Shown: positions 19,109 to 28,843 of the stretch, piece by piece
Layout of the letters: each line of letters begins with the position of its first letter
Numbering within the stretch: the stretch's first letter is position 1
Assembly: GCA_963727485.1 (NCBI GenBank)
Contig: CAVSGM010000002.1
Location: 1,728,001 to 1,792,000, forward strand
Length of the DNA stretch: 64,000 bases
Reading direction: 5' to 3'
Source of the DNA: an uncultured delta proteobacterium
GTDB taxonomy: Bacteria > Myxococcota > Myxococcia > SLRQ01
Translations under genes and position numbers: made by a program
The notes under the pieces: generated by a model
Seen by the model: the letters and a program-made list of their open reading frames with translations, nothing else
Databases searched by the model: none
What the model was told of the DNA's origin: nothing

Positions 19109-19198
19109 TTGCATCACGCTGTATCCCACTGGGGCAGAATGTCCCAGCGGGCCCGGTGTGAGTCACAACGTATCCCAGTGTGACTCACAAGAGGGGTC
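19097..19198 (+). repeat. Structured intergenic repeat element, copy A (candidate ncRNA, REP or MITE-like)
   Basis: Terminal 9-bp IR gacccctct/agaggggtc; hairpins ctggggca-gaa-tgtcccag and tgtgagtcaca-N11-tgtgactcaca; homologous to 37165-37247. Confidence 0.75.
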
Positions 19199-19232
19199 GA
19201 CGCCGGGAGCCCGGGGAGGCGGCGACCCTCGC

Positions 19233-20591
19233 TCAGCCCCCCGCCACCTTGGGCAGCCGCTCGAGCGCCGCCTCGATGGCCGCCTCGGGGTAGGCGTAGT
19301 CCTCGAGGTCGCCGGCGAAGTACCGGTCGTAGGCCGCCATGTCGAAGTGCCCGTGGCCCGAGAGGTTGAAGAAGATGGTCTTGGGCTCGCCGGTCTGCTT
19401 GCAGCGCAGGGCCTCGTCGATGGCGGCGCGCACCGCGTGGTCGGCCTCCGGCGCGGGGATGATGCCCTCGGTCCGGGCGAAGGTGACCCCGGCCTCGAAG
19501 GTGGCCAGCTGGGGCAGGGCCACCGCCTCGATGAGGCCCTCGTGGTGGAGCTGGGAGACCAGCGGCGAGTCGCCGTGGTAGCGCAGGCCGCCGGCGTGGA
19601 TGCCCGGGGGCACGAAGTCGTGGCCCAAGGTGTACATCTGCATCATCGGGGTGAGCCCGGCGGTGTCGCCGAAGTCGTAGGCGTAGTGGCCCCGGGTCAG
19701 CGTGGGGCAGCTCGACGGCTCGGCGGCGACGATGCGCACCGCCTTGCCCGCGGCCTTGTCGGCGAAGAAGGGGAAGGTGGCCCCGCCGAAGTTGGAGCCG
19801 CCGCCGCAGCAGGCGATGACCACGTCGGGGTAGTCGCCGACCTTCTCGAACTGCTTCTTGGCCTCGAGGCCGATGACGGTCTGGTGCAGCAGCACATGGT
19901 TCAGGACCGAGCCCAGCGCGTAGTTGGTGTCGTCGCGGCCCGCGGCCTCCTCCACCGCCTCGGAGATGGCGATGCCCAGCGACCCCGGCGAGTCGGGGTC
20001 ACCGGCGAGGATCGCTCGGCCGGCCTCGGTCTGGTCGGTGGGGCTGGCGAAGACCTCGGCGCCAAAGGTCTGCATCATCGAGCGCCGGAAGGGCTTCTGC
20101 TCGTAGCTCACCTTCACCATGTACACGCGCACCGTCAGGCCGAAGAGGCGCGCGGCGAAGGCGAGCGAGCTGCCCCACTGGCCGGCGCCGGTCTCGGTGG
20201 ACAGCCGCTTGATGCCCGCCTCGGCGTTGTAGAAGGCCTGGGGCACCGAGGTGTTGGGCTTGTGGGAGCCCGGGGGCGAGACCCCCTCGTACTTGTAGTA
20301 GATCTTCGCCGGGGTCCCGAGGAAGGCCTCCAGGCGGTGGGCCCGGTACAGCGGCGTCGGGCGCCACAGCCGGTAGGCCTCGCGCACCGCCTCGGGGATG
20401 GCGATCCACCGCTCGGCGCTCACCTCCTGCTCGATGAGCGACATCGGGAAGATGGCCGCGAGGGCCTCGGGACCGATGGGCTTTCCATCGGGTCCCAGCG
20501 GGGGTGCCGGAGGGTTCGGCAGGTCCGCCACCACGTTGTACCAGTGGGTGGGGATCTCGGACTCGTCGAGGACGATCTTGGTCTCGGGCAT
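19233..20591 (-). CDS. trpB2: TrpB-like PLP-dependent enzyme (TrpB2)
   Basis: ATG 20591; [22 protein letters not shown] (PLP Lys), [27 protein letters not shown]. Confidence 0.95.
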   Translation of the reverse strand: MPETKIVLDESEIPTHWYNVVADLPNPPAPPLGPDGKPIGPEALAAIFPMSLIEQEVSAERWIAIPEAVREAYRLWRPTPLYRAHRLEAFLGTPAKIYYKYEGVSPPGSHKPNTSVPQAFYNAEAGIKRLSTETGAGQWGSSLAFAARLFGLTVRVYMVKVSYEQKPFRRSMMQTFGAEVFASPTDQTEAGRAILAGDPDSPGSLGIAISEAVEEAAGRDDTNYALGSVLNHVLLHQTVIGLEAKKQFEKVGDYPDVVIACCGGGSNFGGATFPFFADKAAGKAVRIVAAEPSSCPTLTRGHYAYDFGDTAGLTPMMQMYTLGHDFVPPGIHAGGLRYHGDSPLVSQLHHEGLIEAVALPQLATFEAGVTFARTEGIIPAPEADHAVRAAIDEALRCKQTGEPKTIFFNLSGHGHFDMAAYDRYFAGDLEDYAYPEAAIEAALERLPKVAGG

Positions 20592-20775
20592 GGTGCGTCT
20601 CCTGTCGAGCAACGGGCTCGAACCGCCGTGACCATGCGCGCCCCGCCGGGCACGATAGCAGACTCGCGCCCGATTCGCTTGCGGCGCCGGCACCGCCCCT
20701 GTCCTAATGTCCCACCGACGGGTACCGGCCGGGCGGCGGCCGGGGCCCCAGGGCACGACACGCATGGAGGACGAG

Positions 20776-21420
20776 ATGCACATCGGCATCCTCGGATCGG
20801 GAGACGTGGGCCGGACCCTGGGCGCGGGCCTGGCCCGCCACGGCCACGAGGTGATGCTCGGCACCCGGGACCCGTCGGCGAAGCGGATCCGCGAGTGGGT
20901 GAAGGAGACGGGCCACTCGGTGCGCGCCGGGACCTTCGCCGAGGCCGCGCAGTTCGCGCGCCTGGCGATCCTGGCCACCGCCTGGAGCGGCACCGGCCAC
21001 GCCCTGGAGCTCGCCGGCAAGGGGCACCTGAAGGACAACGTGGTCCTCGACGTCACCAACCCCCTGGTCTTCGGCGACGGGGCACCGACCCTGGCGCTCG
21101 GGTGCACCGACTCCGGCGGCGAGCAGGTGCAGCGGTGGCTCCCCGACGCCCACGTGGTCAAGGCCCTGAACATCGTGGGCCACGCCCACATGGTCCACCC
21201 CGACTTCCCCGGCGGGCCCCCGGACATGTTCCTCTGTGGGAACGACCCCGAGGCCAAGGCCCAGGTGGCCGGGCTGTTGGAGACCCTGGGGTGGCCGGTG
21301 GTCGACCTCGGGGGCATCGAGATGAGCCGCTACCTCGAGCCCATGGCCATGGTCTGGATCACCCACGCGATCCGCACCGGCGGCGGGAACCACGCCTTCA
21401 AGCTGCTGCGCAAGTCCTAG
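20776..21420 (+). CDS. NADP oxidoreductase, F420-dependent family (dinucleotide-binding)
   Basis: GGAGG then [34 protein letters not shown]. Confidence 0.88.
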   Translation: MHIGILGSGDVGRTLGAGLARHGHEVMLGTRDPSAKRIREWVKETGHSVRAGTFAEAAQFARLAILATAWSGTGHALELAGKGHLKDNVVLDVTNPLVFGDGAPTLALGCTDSGGEQVQRWLPDAHVVKALNIVGHAHMVHPDFPGGPPDMFLCGNDPEAKAQVAGLLETLGWPVVDLGGIEMSRYLEPMAMVWITHAIRTGGGNHAFKLLRKS

Positions 21421-22427
21421 TCGCGGAGGCGCAGGACCGCGGCCTGGGCCCCGAGGGTGCCGGCCGAGAGCCTCGCCAGCGCCTCGCCGGCGTCCTCGAA
21501 GGCGTAGGTCTCGACGTCGGTCTCGATGCCGATGCGCGCCGCCAGGTTCAAGAGCGTCCGCCCGTCGGCCCGGGTGTTGGCGGTGACGCTCACCAGCGCC
21601 TTCTCCTGGAAGAGCTCGGCGTCGTAGTCGAGCTTGGGGATGGCGTCGACATAGATGCCGGCGATGGCGAGCGTCCCGCCCCGGTCGAGGTCGCGCATGG
21701 CCTTGGGGAGGAAGCCGCCCACCGGGGCGAAGCTCACCGCGTGGTCCACCTTGCGTGGGGCGAGCTCGTCGAGCTCCCCGGTCCAGGCGGCGCCCAGCGC
21801 CCTGGCGCGCGCGCGCGACTCGGCGCCCCGGGAGAAGACGAAGACCTCGCAGCCGAACGCCACCGCCACCTGGAGGGCGATGTGGGCCGAGCCCCCGAAG
21901 CCGTAGAGGGCGAGGCGCCTTCCCGGCACCAGGCCCGCGCGCATCAGTGCCCGGTAGCCGATGATCCCCGCGCACAACAGCGGCGCCACCTTGGCGTCGT
22001 CGCCGAGGGCGTCGGGGAGCGGGTAGACGTAGGCGGCGTCGGCGAGGACCTGCTCGGCGTAGCCGCCGTTGACGTGGAAGCCGGTGAAGGTGGGGGCGAG
22101 GCAGAGGTTCTCCCGGCCCTCGACGCAGGGGTCGCACTGGCCGCAGAAGCGGTGGACCCAGGCGACGCCCACCCGGTCGCCGACCTTCAGCGCGCGCACC
22201 CCCTCGCCGAGCGCCGCCACCTTGCCCACCACCTCGTGGCCGGGGACGAGGGGATGCGCCGGCACCTCGAGGTCGCCCTCGATCACGTGGAGGTCGGTGC
22301 GGCACACCCCGCAGGCGGTCACCTCGACCAACACCTGGCCGCGGCCGGGCACCGGGTCGGGGACCGTCTCCAGCTTCAGGGGGCGGTCGGCGGCGGGGGC
22401 CGGGGCGTGGAGGACCTGGGCGCGCAT
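21417..22427 (-). CDS. Zinc-dependent alcohol dehydrogenase family protein
   Basis: CGVCRTDLH, GHEVVG, structural Zn C-x2-C-x2-C-x7-C, LCAG, YGFGGSA. Confidence 0.93.
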   Translation of the reverse strand: MRAQVLHAPAPAADRPLKLETVPDPVPGRGQVLVEVTACGVCRTDLHVIEGDLEVPAHPLVPGHEVVGKVAALGEGVRALKVGDRVGVAWVHRFCGQCDPCVEGRENLCLAPTFTGFHVNGGYAEQVLADAAYVYPLPDALGDDAKVAPLLCAGIIGYRALMRAGLVPGRRLALYGFGGSAHIALQVAVAFGCEVFVFSRGAESRARARALGAAWTGELDELAPRKVDHAVSFAPVGGFLPKAMRDLDRGGTLAIAGIYVDAIPKLDYDAELFQEKALVSVTANTRADGRTLLNLAARIGIETDVETYAFEDAGEALARLSAGTLGAQAAVLRLRD

Positions 22428-22518
22428 GCGCTGACCCTAGTCAGCGCCGTAGGCCCCGGCTAGTGTCGACGCTGGGGGCACGTGGCCACGGGGGCCACGC
22501 CGACCGGAGGAGGAAACC

Positions 22519-23079
22519 ATGGCACTCGCCGCCATCCTGCTGATCCTGATGGGGACCATCGGGTCCATCGACCTGCTCTACTACCACCTGTACAAGTTCC
22601 GCCTCTACGATCAGCCCTCGGCCCGGGGCGAGGAGGTGACCCACCTGGTGCGGGCGGCGACCTTCGCCTTCGGCCTCTGGATCCTCCTGCACTACACGCC
22701 CCAGGGCGGCTGGTTCTGGATCATGGCGGCGCTCTTCGGCGTCGAGTTCGTCGACGACGTGTGCGACGTGGCCATCGAGCCGAAGAGCCGCGAGCCCCTC
22801 GGGGGCCTGCCGCCGCTGGAGTACCTCGTCCACATGGTCGCCAGCCTCTGCACCGGCGGGGTGTGGGTGGCGTTCCTCACCGCCGGCTGGGCCGGGCGGA
22901 ACGCGGCCTCGGCCCTGGTCCCCCACGCCGCCGGCTTCCTCCCGACCTGGCTTCACCTCGACGGGCTGGCGATGATCTTCGCCGGCGTCGCCCTGGGGCT
23001 GGTGGAGCTCACGCTCTTCGTCCGGTCCCTCGTCCGCCGGGGCGGCGGGGGCGCGGCGCCGGAGCCGGTGACGACCTGA
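22519..23079 (+). CDS. Hypothetical 5-TM membrane protein with His/acidic motifs
   Basis: GGAGGAGG RBS; DLLYYH, EEVTH, D..IE, LEYLVH. Confidence 0.75.
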   Translation: MALAAILLILMGTIGSIDLLYYHLYKFRLYDQPSARGEEVTHLVRAATFAFGLWILLHYTPQGGWFWIMAALFGVEFVDDVCDVAIEPKSREPLGGLPPLEYLVHMVASLCTGGVWVAFLTAGWAGRNAASALVPHAAGFLPTWLHLDGLAMIFAGVALGLVELTLFVRSLVRRGGGGAAPEPVTT

Positions 23080-23099
23080 AGGCCCACCGGGACGCTGGG

Positions 23100-24095
23100 T
23101 CAGGGGTCGTCGATGACCAGGATGCGCCCGGCCATGGGATCGCAGACGAAGGCGCGGCGCCCGTCGGTGGTCACGCAGTGGGCGTGGGGGGCGGTCCGCA
23201 CCTGGCGCACCGCCTTCAGCGTCCCGTCCTTCGCCACCGCGACCACGGTGAGGTGCCCGGGGCCGGCGCTGGGCACGTAGAGGTGCCGGCGCGCCGGGTC
23301 GTAGGCGACGATGTCCACGCCCGGGGCCACCTTCACCTGGCCCAGGCGCCGGTGGCCGTGGGCGAGGTCGAAGAGGGCGACCCGCCCCTCGCGGCAGGCG
23401 ACGAAGAGCCGGTCGCCGTGGCGCTCGAGGCCCCGGGCCTTCTGGCAGCCGTTGCTCCACCGCGTCACCACCCGGTGGGTCTTCAGGTCGATGGTCACCG
23501 TCTCGGTGGTCCAGGTGTTGGTGTAGGCGACGCCGCGCGATGGGTCGAAGACCAGGGACTCGGGGCCGCCCACGACGTCGATGAACGCCGCGTGGGTGAG
23601 CCGGGGCCTCGGCCCGGGGTGGAAGGTGAGGACCTCGATGCGTCCCTGGCGCGGCTCGGTGATCCACAGCTCATGGACCGACGGCGCGTAGCGCAGGTAG
23701 TCCGAGCCCCCGGCGAGCCCGGTGCGGGCGAGGATGCGGCCGGTCTTGGGGTCGAGGACGATCGCCTGCTGGTGGGTGTGGTCGCCGAGGAGGAGCAGGT
23801 GGCCGGCCAGGGCCACCGAGCTGGTGCCCTCGCGCCGGGCCCCGGTGGCGCCGCCGCTGCCGTCGGGGAGGGCGCGGACCGCGAAGGTCTCCGGGTCGAC
23901 GAGGTCCACGTGCCCGGTGCCCCCGGCGGGGACCACCAGCCTCCCCAGGGCCGGGAGGTAGCGGACGTCGTCGAGGTGGGCGCGGCCGTGGGCGCCGGGC
24001 AGGGCGATGGCCGCCGGTGACGGTGGGGCCTTGGGATGGGCGGGGGCGGCGGGGAGGAGCAGCGCCGCGGCGAGGAGGCCGAGGACGGTGGGCAT
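23100..24095 (-). CDS. YncE/YVTN-like beta-propeller exported protein
   Basis: ATG 24095 after GGAGG; signal peptide; repeated blade motifs (PESLVFDP, LFVAC, VAYDP..RHLYV, AHCVTTD). Confidence 0.8.
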   Translation of the reverse strand: MPTVLGLLAAALLLPAAPAHPKAPPSPAAIALPGAHGRAHLDDVRYLPALGRLVVPAGGTGHVDLVDPETFAVRALPDGSGGATGARREGTSSVALAGHLLLLGDHTHQQAIVLDPKTGRILARTGLAGGSDYLRYAPSVHELWITEPRQGRIEVLTFHPGPRPRLTHAAFIDVVGGPESLVFDPSRGVAYTNTWTTETVTIDLKTHRVVTRWSNGCQKARGLERHGDRLFVACREGRVALFDLAHGHRRLGQVKVAPGVDIVAYDPARRHLYVPSAGPGHLTVVAVAKDGTLKAVRQVRTAPHAHCVTTDGRRAFVCDPMAGRILVIDDP

Positions 24096-24190
24096 GGGCG
24101 AACCCTCCCTCCGTCCCCGGTCCCGGGCCAGCCCCCGTCGGGGCCTACCGCCGCGCCTGCTTCCGGGGGACCGGGCTGCCCGGGAGGTCC

Positions 24191-24240
24191 ACAAAGGTCA
24201 TACCAATTTTGCAACCACCTGGAATCACTTGATTCAAGTG
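24191..24240 (-). promoter_or_regulatory. Putative sigma54 (-24/-12) promoter with IHF-like site and palindrome
   Basis: Minus strand TGGTAT-N5-TTGT (24205-24191); AATCAAgtgaTTC at about -43 to -55; perfect IR cacttga-t-tcaagtg 24226-24240; AT-rich patch. Confidence 0.45.
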
Positions 24241-24374
24241 CCCGGTGCCCCCCGGGGACCCCCACGCACTGCGCAGGGATCGACGCGGATCGCCACCCTG
24301 GCGTGACACCCTGCGTCATGGCCCGGGCCGCCTTTCCCCCGGGCCCCCCGGCGGGGTACAACCACAATGGCCCG

Positions 24375-25673
24375 ATGCCCACGACCACCCGCACCCGCGT
24401 GATCGGCACCACCCGGCTCCTGGAGCCCCTGGGCAAGGGGGGGATGGCCGAGGTGTACTCGGCGATCCAGGAGCCCCTGCAGCGCCAGGTGGCGGTGAAG
24501 ATCATGCTCCCGGAGCTGGGGAAGAACCGCGAGGCGGTCACCCGCTTCCGCCGCGAGGCCCTGGCGCTGGCGAGCCTCTCCCACGAGAACATCGTCGGGA
24601 TCCACGACCTGGTGGAGAAGAACGGCCAGCTGTTCATGGTCATGGAGTACGTGGAGGGCGTCGACGTCGCCGACCTCCTCAAGGGCGGGGGGCCCCTGCC
24701 AGTGGACGTGGCGCTGCTGGTCGGCGCCGGGGTCGCCGGCGCCCTGGAGCACGCCCACTTCCGCAAGGTCATCCACCGGGACGTGAAGCCCGCCAACGTG
24801 ATGATCTCGCGCTTCGGCGAGGTGAAGCTCACCGACTTCGGCATCGCCAAGGACATGACCATCGACGACCTCACCAAGACCGGGCTGGTGGTGGGGACGC
24901 CGGCGTACCTGGCGCCGGAGCAGGTCACCGGCAAGCGCCCCGACTCGCGCACCGACCTCTACGCCCTGGGGATCCTCCTCTTCGAGGCCCTCACCGGCGA
25001 GAAGCCCTTCCAGGCCGAGAACCACGGCCAGCTCTTCGCCATGATCGCCGACGGCAAGCGCCGCAAGCTGCGCAAGCTGCGCCCGGAGGTGCCCCGGGCG
25101 GTGGAGAAGCTGGTGGACCGGTGCCTCCAGGTCAAGCCCGAGAAGCGCTACCAGCGCGCGGTGGACCTGCGCCGGGACCTCGGCCGTCACCTCGACAGGC
25201 TCCTCCTCGGCACCCCCTCGGCGCGCCTCGTGACCTTCATGCGCGACCGCGGCCACGTGCGCGAGGACGAGCTGTCCCAGCTCGCCATCGAGGACCGGTG
25301 GTTCGTGGGCAGCGGCCGGGACCTCGCCACCCCGTCGCCCAGCACCACCGGGGGCGCCTCCGAGGGTCGGCCGGCGCACGGGCGCTCGGTGGCCGGGGCC
25401 CACGGGGCCTCCCTGGAGATCGACCTCGACGACTCGGTGGTCGAGGCCGTAGAGCCGGCCCCGAGGTCCACCGCCTCCGCCCAGGTCCCCGCCCGGCCCA
25501 CGCCGAGGCGGCGAAGCTGGCTCTCCCGGTTGGTGGTCTCGGTGGTGGTCCTCGCCGCCCTCCTCGGCGCCGGCACCGCCGCCGCCTGGCACTACGCCCC
25601 CGACGAGACCAACGCCGTCCTCGACCAGCTCGTCCGCTGGGCGCACCCGGACCCCGGCGCCGCCCGGCGCTGA
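24375..25673 (+). CDS. Hanks-type Ser/Thr protein kinase with C-terminal TM anchor
   Basis: GKGGMAEV, VAVK, HRDVKPAN, DFG, GTPAYLAPEQ; TM near the C-terminus. Confidence 0.93.
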   Translation: MPTTTRTRVIGTTRLLEPLGKGGMAEVYSAIQEPLQRQVAVKIMLPELGKNREAVTRFRREALALASLSHENIVGIHDLVEKNGQLFMVMEYVEGVDVADLLKGGGPLPVDVALLVGAGVAGALEHAHFRKVIHRDVKPANVMISRFGEVKLTDFGIAKDMTIDDLTKTGLVVGTPAYLAPEQVTGKRPDSRTDLYALGILLFEALTGEKPFQAENHGQLFAMIADGKRRKLRKLRPEVPRAVEKLVDRCLQVKPEKRYQRAVDLRRDLGRHLDRLLLGTPSARLVTFMRDRGHVREDELSQLAIEDRWFVGSGRDLATPSPSTTGGASEGRPAHGRSVAGAHGASLEIDLDDSVVEAVEPAPRSTASAQVPARPTPRRRSWLSRLVVSVVVLAALLGAGTAAAWHYAPDETNAVLDQLVRWAHPDPGAARR

Positions 25674-25690
25674 TGCCTACGCTGGCACCC

Positions 25691-26539
25691 ATGCCCTTCC
25701 TCCAGGTCAACGGCGCCCGGCTCCACTACACCAGCCAGGGGACCGGGGCCCAGACCGTCGTCTTCGCCCACGGCCTCCTGTGGAGCGGGCGGATGTTCGA
25801 CGCCCAGGTGGCGGCCCTCTCCTCGCGCTACCGCTGCATCACCTTCGACTTCCGGGGACAGGGTGAGAGCGAGGTGACCGAGGGCGGCTACGACATGGAC
25901 ACCCTCACGGACGACGCCGCGGCCCTCATCGAGGCCCTGGGGGTGGGGCCGGTGCACTTCCTGGGGCTGTCCATGGGCGGGTTCATCGGGATGCGGCTGG
26001 CCGCCCGGCGCCCGGCGCTCCTGCGCTCGCTGATGCTCCTGGAGACCTCCGCCGACCCCGAGCCCGAGGAGAACCGCGGCCGCTACCGGATGCTCTCGCT
26101 GGTGGCCCGGTACCTCAGCCTCCGGCTGGTCCGGGGCCGGGTGATGAAGATCATGTTCGGCGAGAGCTTCCTCACCGACCCGGCCCGCGCCGAGGAGCGC
26201 CGCCTCTGGGGCGGGCGGCTGGTGGCCAACGACCGCATCGGGATCACCCGGGCGGTCGGAGGCGTCATCGACCGGGCGCCGGTCTACGAGGAGCTGGCGC
26301 GGATCACGGTGCCCACGCTGATCCTGGTCGGCGCCGAGGACGTGGCCACCCCGCCGCCCAAGGCCGAGCGGATGCATGGCGCCATCGCCGGGAGCCGGCT
26401 GTACACCGTCCCCGCCGCCGGCCACACCTCCACCGTGGAGAACCCGGCGGCGGTCAACGCCCGCCTCGAGGCCTTCCTCGCCGAGGTGGGCCACGCCGCC
26501 GCCCGGGACGAGGCGCCGTCCCCCGCTTCGGCGTCCTGA
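25691..26539 (+). CDS. Alpha/beta hydrolase (3-oxoadipate enol-lactonase-like; alternative ATG 25673)
   Basis: HGL, DFRGQG.S, GLSMGG, GAED, GH.S..E.P. Confidence 0.9.
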   Translation: MPFLQVNGARLHYTSQGTGAQTVVFAHGLLWSGRMFDAQVAALSSRYRCITFDFRGQGESEVTEGGYDMDTLTDDAAALIEALGVGPVHFLGLSMGGFIGMRLAARRPALLRSLMLLETSADPEPEENRGRYRMLSLVARYLSLRLVRGRVMKIMFGESFLTDPARAEERRLWGGRLVANDRIGITRAVGGVIDRAPVYEELARITVPTLILVGAEDVATPPPKAERMHGAIAGSRLYTVPAAGHTSTVENPAAVNARLEAFLAEVGHAAARDEAPSPASAS

Positions 26540-26599
26540 TCCGGTACCCGAGCGGGGCCGCCCTTCGCCGCGCGGAGCGCGTGGAGTATGGTCCGCCGG

Positions 26600-28135
26600 A
26601 TGGCCGGGGCCCCCACCATCGACGCCGCCCGTGACCGGCGCGCCCGCCGCGGCCAGCGGGCCACCGCCCTGGGCCTGGCCCTGGCCGTCCTGCTTGGCGC
26701 CGGCCTGGTCGCCGGCAGCCTCGACCGGGGCCATGACTGGGGCGGCGACTTCGCCGGCTACCTGCTCCAGTCGCGCGCCCTCCTCGCCGGCCGGGTCGAC
26801 GCCGAGCTCGCCGCCAACCGCTTCGCCCTGGCCCACTCGGTCCAGGTCTTTGGCCCGGTGGCCTACCCCTGGGGGTTCCCGGTGCTCCTGGCGCCCGCCC
26901 TCGCCGCCTCCGGGCTGGAGCCCCTGGCCCTCAAGCTCGTGGGCGCCCTCGCCTGGGTGGGCGTGCTCCTGCTCCTCGCCTGGGGCTTCACCCGCGCCCA
27001 CCCTGGGGCCTGGCGGCTGGCGCTGGTGGCCGGCTTCGCCGTGGACCCGGCGCTCTTCCCCTTCACCAACGAGATCCTCTCGGACCTGCCCTTCCTCCTC
27101 CTGGCCACCGCCGCGGTCCTGTGGATGGACCGGGTGGCGGGAGGTCGCCGGCCGTGGCGCGATGGCGCGATCCTCGGGGGGCTGATGGCCGCGGCGTTCT
27201 TCGTCCGGACCAATGGCCTGCTCCTGCTGCCCACCCTCGCGGTGGCCCAGGTCGTCGTCGCCTGGCGCCGGCGCCCGGGCGACGCGCCGGCGCCCGCAAC
27301 CGGGTGGCGGGCCCGCCTGCTGCCCTACGTGGTCTTCGCGCTCCTGGTGGCCGCCTGGCGGCTGGTCCTCCCCGAGGGCGGCAGCTCCCACCTGGCGTTC
27401 CTGGGCCGGCTCTCCCAGGCGACCCTCCGGGCCAACCTCGACTACTACCGGCGGCTGCCGGCCCAGCTCCTCCCCGGTGTGCCCCACCCCCAGGCGGCGT
27501 GGGAGGCGACGGTGCCGCTGGCGATCCTGGGGGCGGTGCGCCGGGGCCGGGCGGCGCTCCACCAGGTCGCCTGGATCCTGGGGACTCTGGCCCTCTACGT
27601 GGCCTGGCCCGCCGAGCAGGGGCTTCGCTTCCTCTTCCCGGTCCTGCCCTTCTACGCCTCCTTCGTGATCTCCGGCCTGGCGTGGCTCGCCGGCGGGGTG
27701 GGGGCCCGGGCCCGGACCCTGCGCACCGCGGCGTGCGTGGCCCCGGTGCTGGTGGGGGTGGCGCTCCTGGGCCACCGGGCGGTGGACCGGGTCCGGGCCA
27801 ACCTCGCCGCCGACCGGACGGTGTCCACCGGGCCCTTCTCGCCGCCGGCGCGGGCCCTCTTCGACTTCCTCTCCACCCGCACCCCGGCGGACGCCACCGT
27901 GATCTTCTTCAAGCCCCGGGTGCTGCGGCTGATGACCGGGCGCCGGGCCTTCACCGCCAATCGGCTGACCTCGCCCCCGGCGGCCACGATCCTCTGCCTC
28001 GCGGTGGCGGCTTCCCCGAGCGTGGAGCCTCCGCCGGCGCAGGTCCGGGCCTGGGTGGCCTCGGGCCGAGCCCGACGCATCTTCGGGAACGGGCGGTTCA
28101 CCTGCTACCACCTGGTCCCCGCCACCCCGCCGTAA
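26600..28135 (+). CDS. GT-C superfamily membrane glycosyltransferase (ArnT/PMT-like; alternative ATG 26588)
   Basis: HDWGGDFAGY, YPWGFP, ILSDLPF, VRTNG, RFLFP; about 11 TM. Confidence 0.75.
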   Translation: MAGAPTIDAARDRRARRGQRATALGLALAVLLGAGLVAGSLDRGHDWGGDFAGYLLQSRALLAGRVDAELAANRFALAHSVQVFGPVAYPWGFPVLLAPALAASGLEPLALKLVGALAWVGVLLLLAWGFTRAHPGAWRLALVAGFAVDPALFPFTNEILSDLPFLLLATAAVLWMDRVAGGRRPWRDGAILGGLMAAAFFVRTNGLLLLPTLAVAQVVVAWRRRPGDAPAPATGWRARLLPYVVFALLVAAWRLVLPEGGSSHLAFLGRLSQATLRANLDYYRRLPAQLLPGVPHPQAAWEATVPLAILGAVRRGRAALHQVAWILGTLALYVAWPAEQGLRFLFPVLPFYASFVISGLAWLAGGVGARARTLRTAACVAPVLVGVALLGHRAVDRVRANLAADRTVSTGPFSPPARALFDFLSTRTPADATVIFFKPRVLRLMTGRRAFTANRLTSPPAATILCLAVAASPSVEPPPAQVRAWVASGRARRIFGNGRFTCYHLVPATPP

Positions 28136-28219
28136 GGGGATCCGCCGCCCCCCCGGGGAATCCCCCGTTTTCCGGGCCCGGCCCCCTGCCTAGGGTCCAG
28201 ACACGCAAAGGGGGCAGTC

Positions 28220-28774
28220 ATGGAAACCCTCGTCGCCTGGTTCTCCCTCTATGGGAACACCGAGACCCTGGCCCGGGAGGTGGCCGAGGTGCTGTCGGCC
28301 CTGGGGCCGGTGCGCACCATGCACCTGGACGAGGTCCTCGCCGGGGACCTGGTGGTCGAGCTCGCGGTCTTCGCCACGCCCACCCACGGCTTCGGCGTGC
28401 CGCCGCAGGTGCGCCCGATGCTGGCGCGGCTCCCCGACGGGACCCTGGGCGGGGTGAAGGTCGCGGCCTTCGACACCGCCTTCGGCTGGTGGCCCCTCTC
28501 GGCGCTCACCGCGTCGCCGAAGCTCCTCCGGCGGATGCGCCGCCTCGGGGGCACCGCGGTGGCCCGGGCCGAGTCGTTCCACGTGGTGGCCACCGAGGGG
28601 CCGCTGGCCAAGGGCGAGCTGGCCCGGGCCCGGACCTGGGCCGAGGGGATTGTCGCCGCGGTGGCGCCGGCGCCGGAGCCGGGGGCGCGCAAGGCGGCCG
28701 GGCCCACCGCGCCCAGGGCCCGGACGGCCCGGACGGCCCCGGTCGAGCAGCCCGCCCCACGCCCGCCGCGCTGA
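28220..28774 (+). CDS. Flavodoxin family protein
   Basis: SLYGNTE P-loop, TPTH, AAFDT, EGPL..GE..RA..W. Confidence 0.85.
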   Translation: METLVAWFSLYGNTETLAREVAEVLSALGPVRTMHLDEVLAGDLVVELAVFATPTHGFGVPPQVRPMLARLPDGTLGGVKVAAFDTAFGWWPLSALTASPKLLRRMRRLGGTAVARAESFHVVATEGPLAKGELARARTWAEGIVAAVAPAPEPGARKAAGPTAPRARTARTAPVEQPAPRPPR

Positions 28775-28843
28775 TTCCCCCTCCCGGCCGATTCCCCGCT
28801 TCCGGGGGGGTGCGCGGTCGACCCGGGGACCTACTGTCCCGCC

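Noticed and set aside
19158..22463. 1101-aa plus-strand ORF (likewise 27121..30228 and 43304..46618)
   Set aside because: Mostly antisense or off-frame shadows over well-supported genes (27121..30228 includes only the DUF1697 N-terminus in frame), as expected at this GC content.
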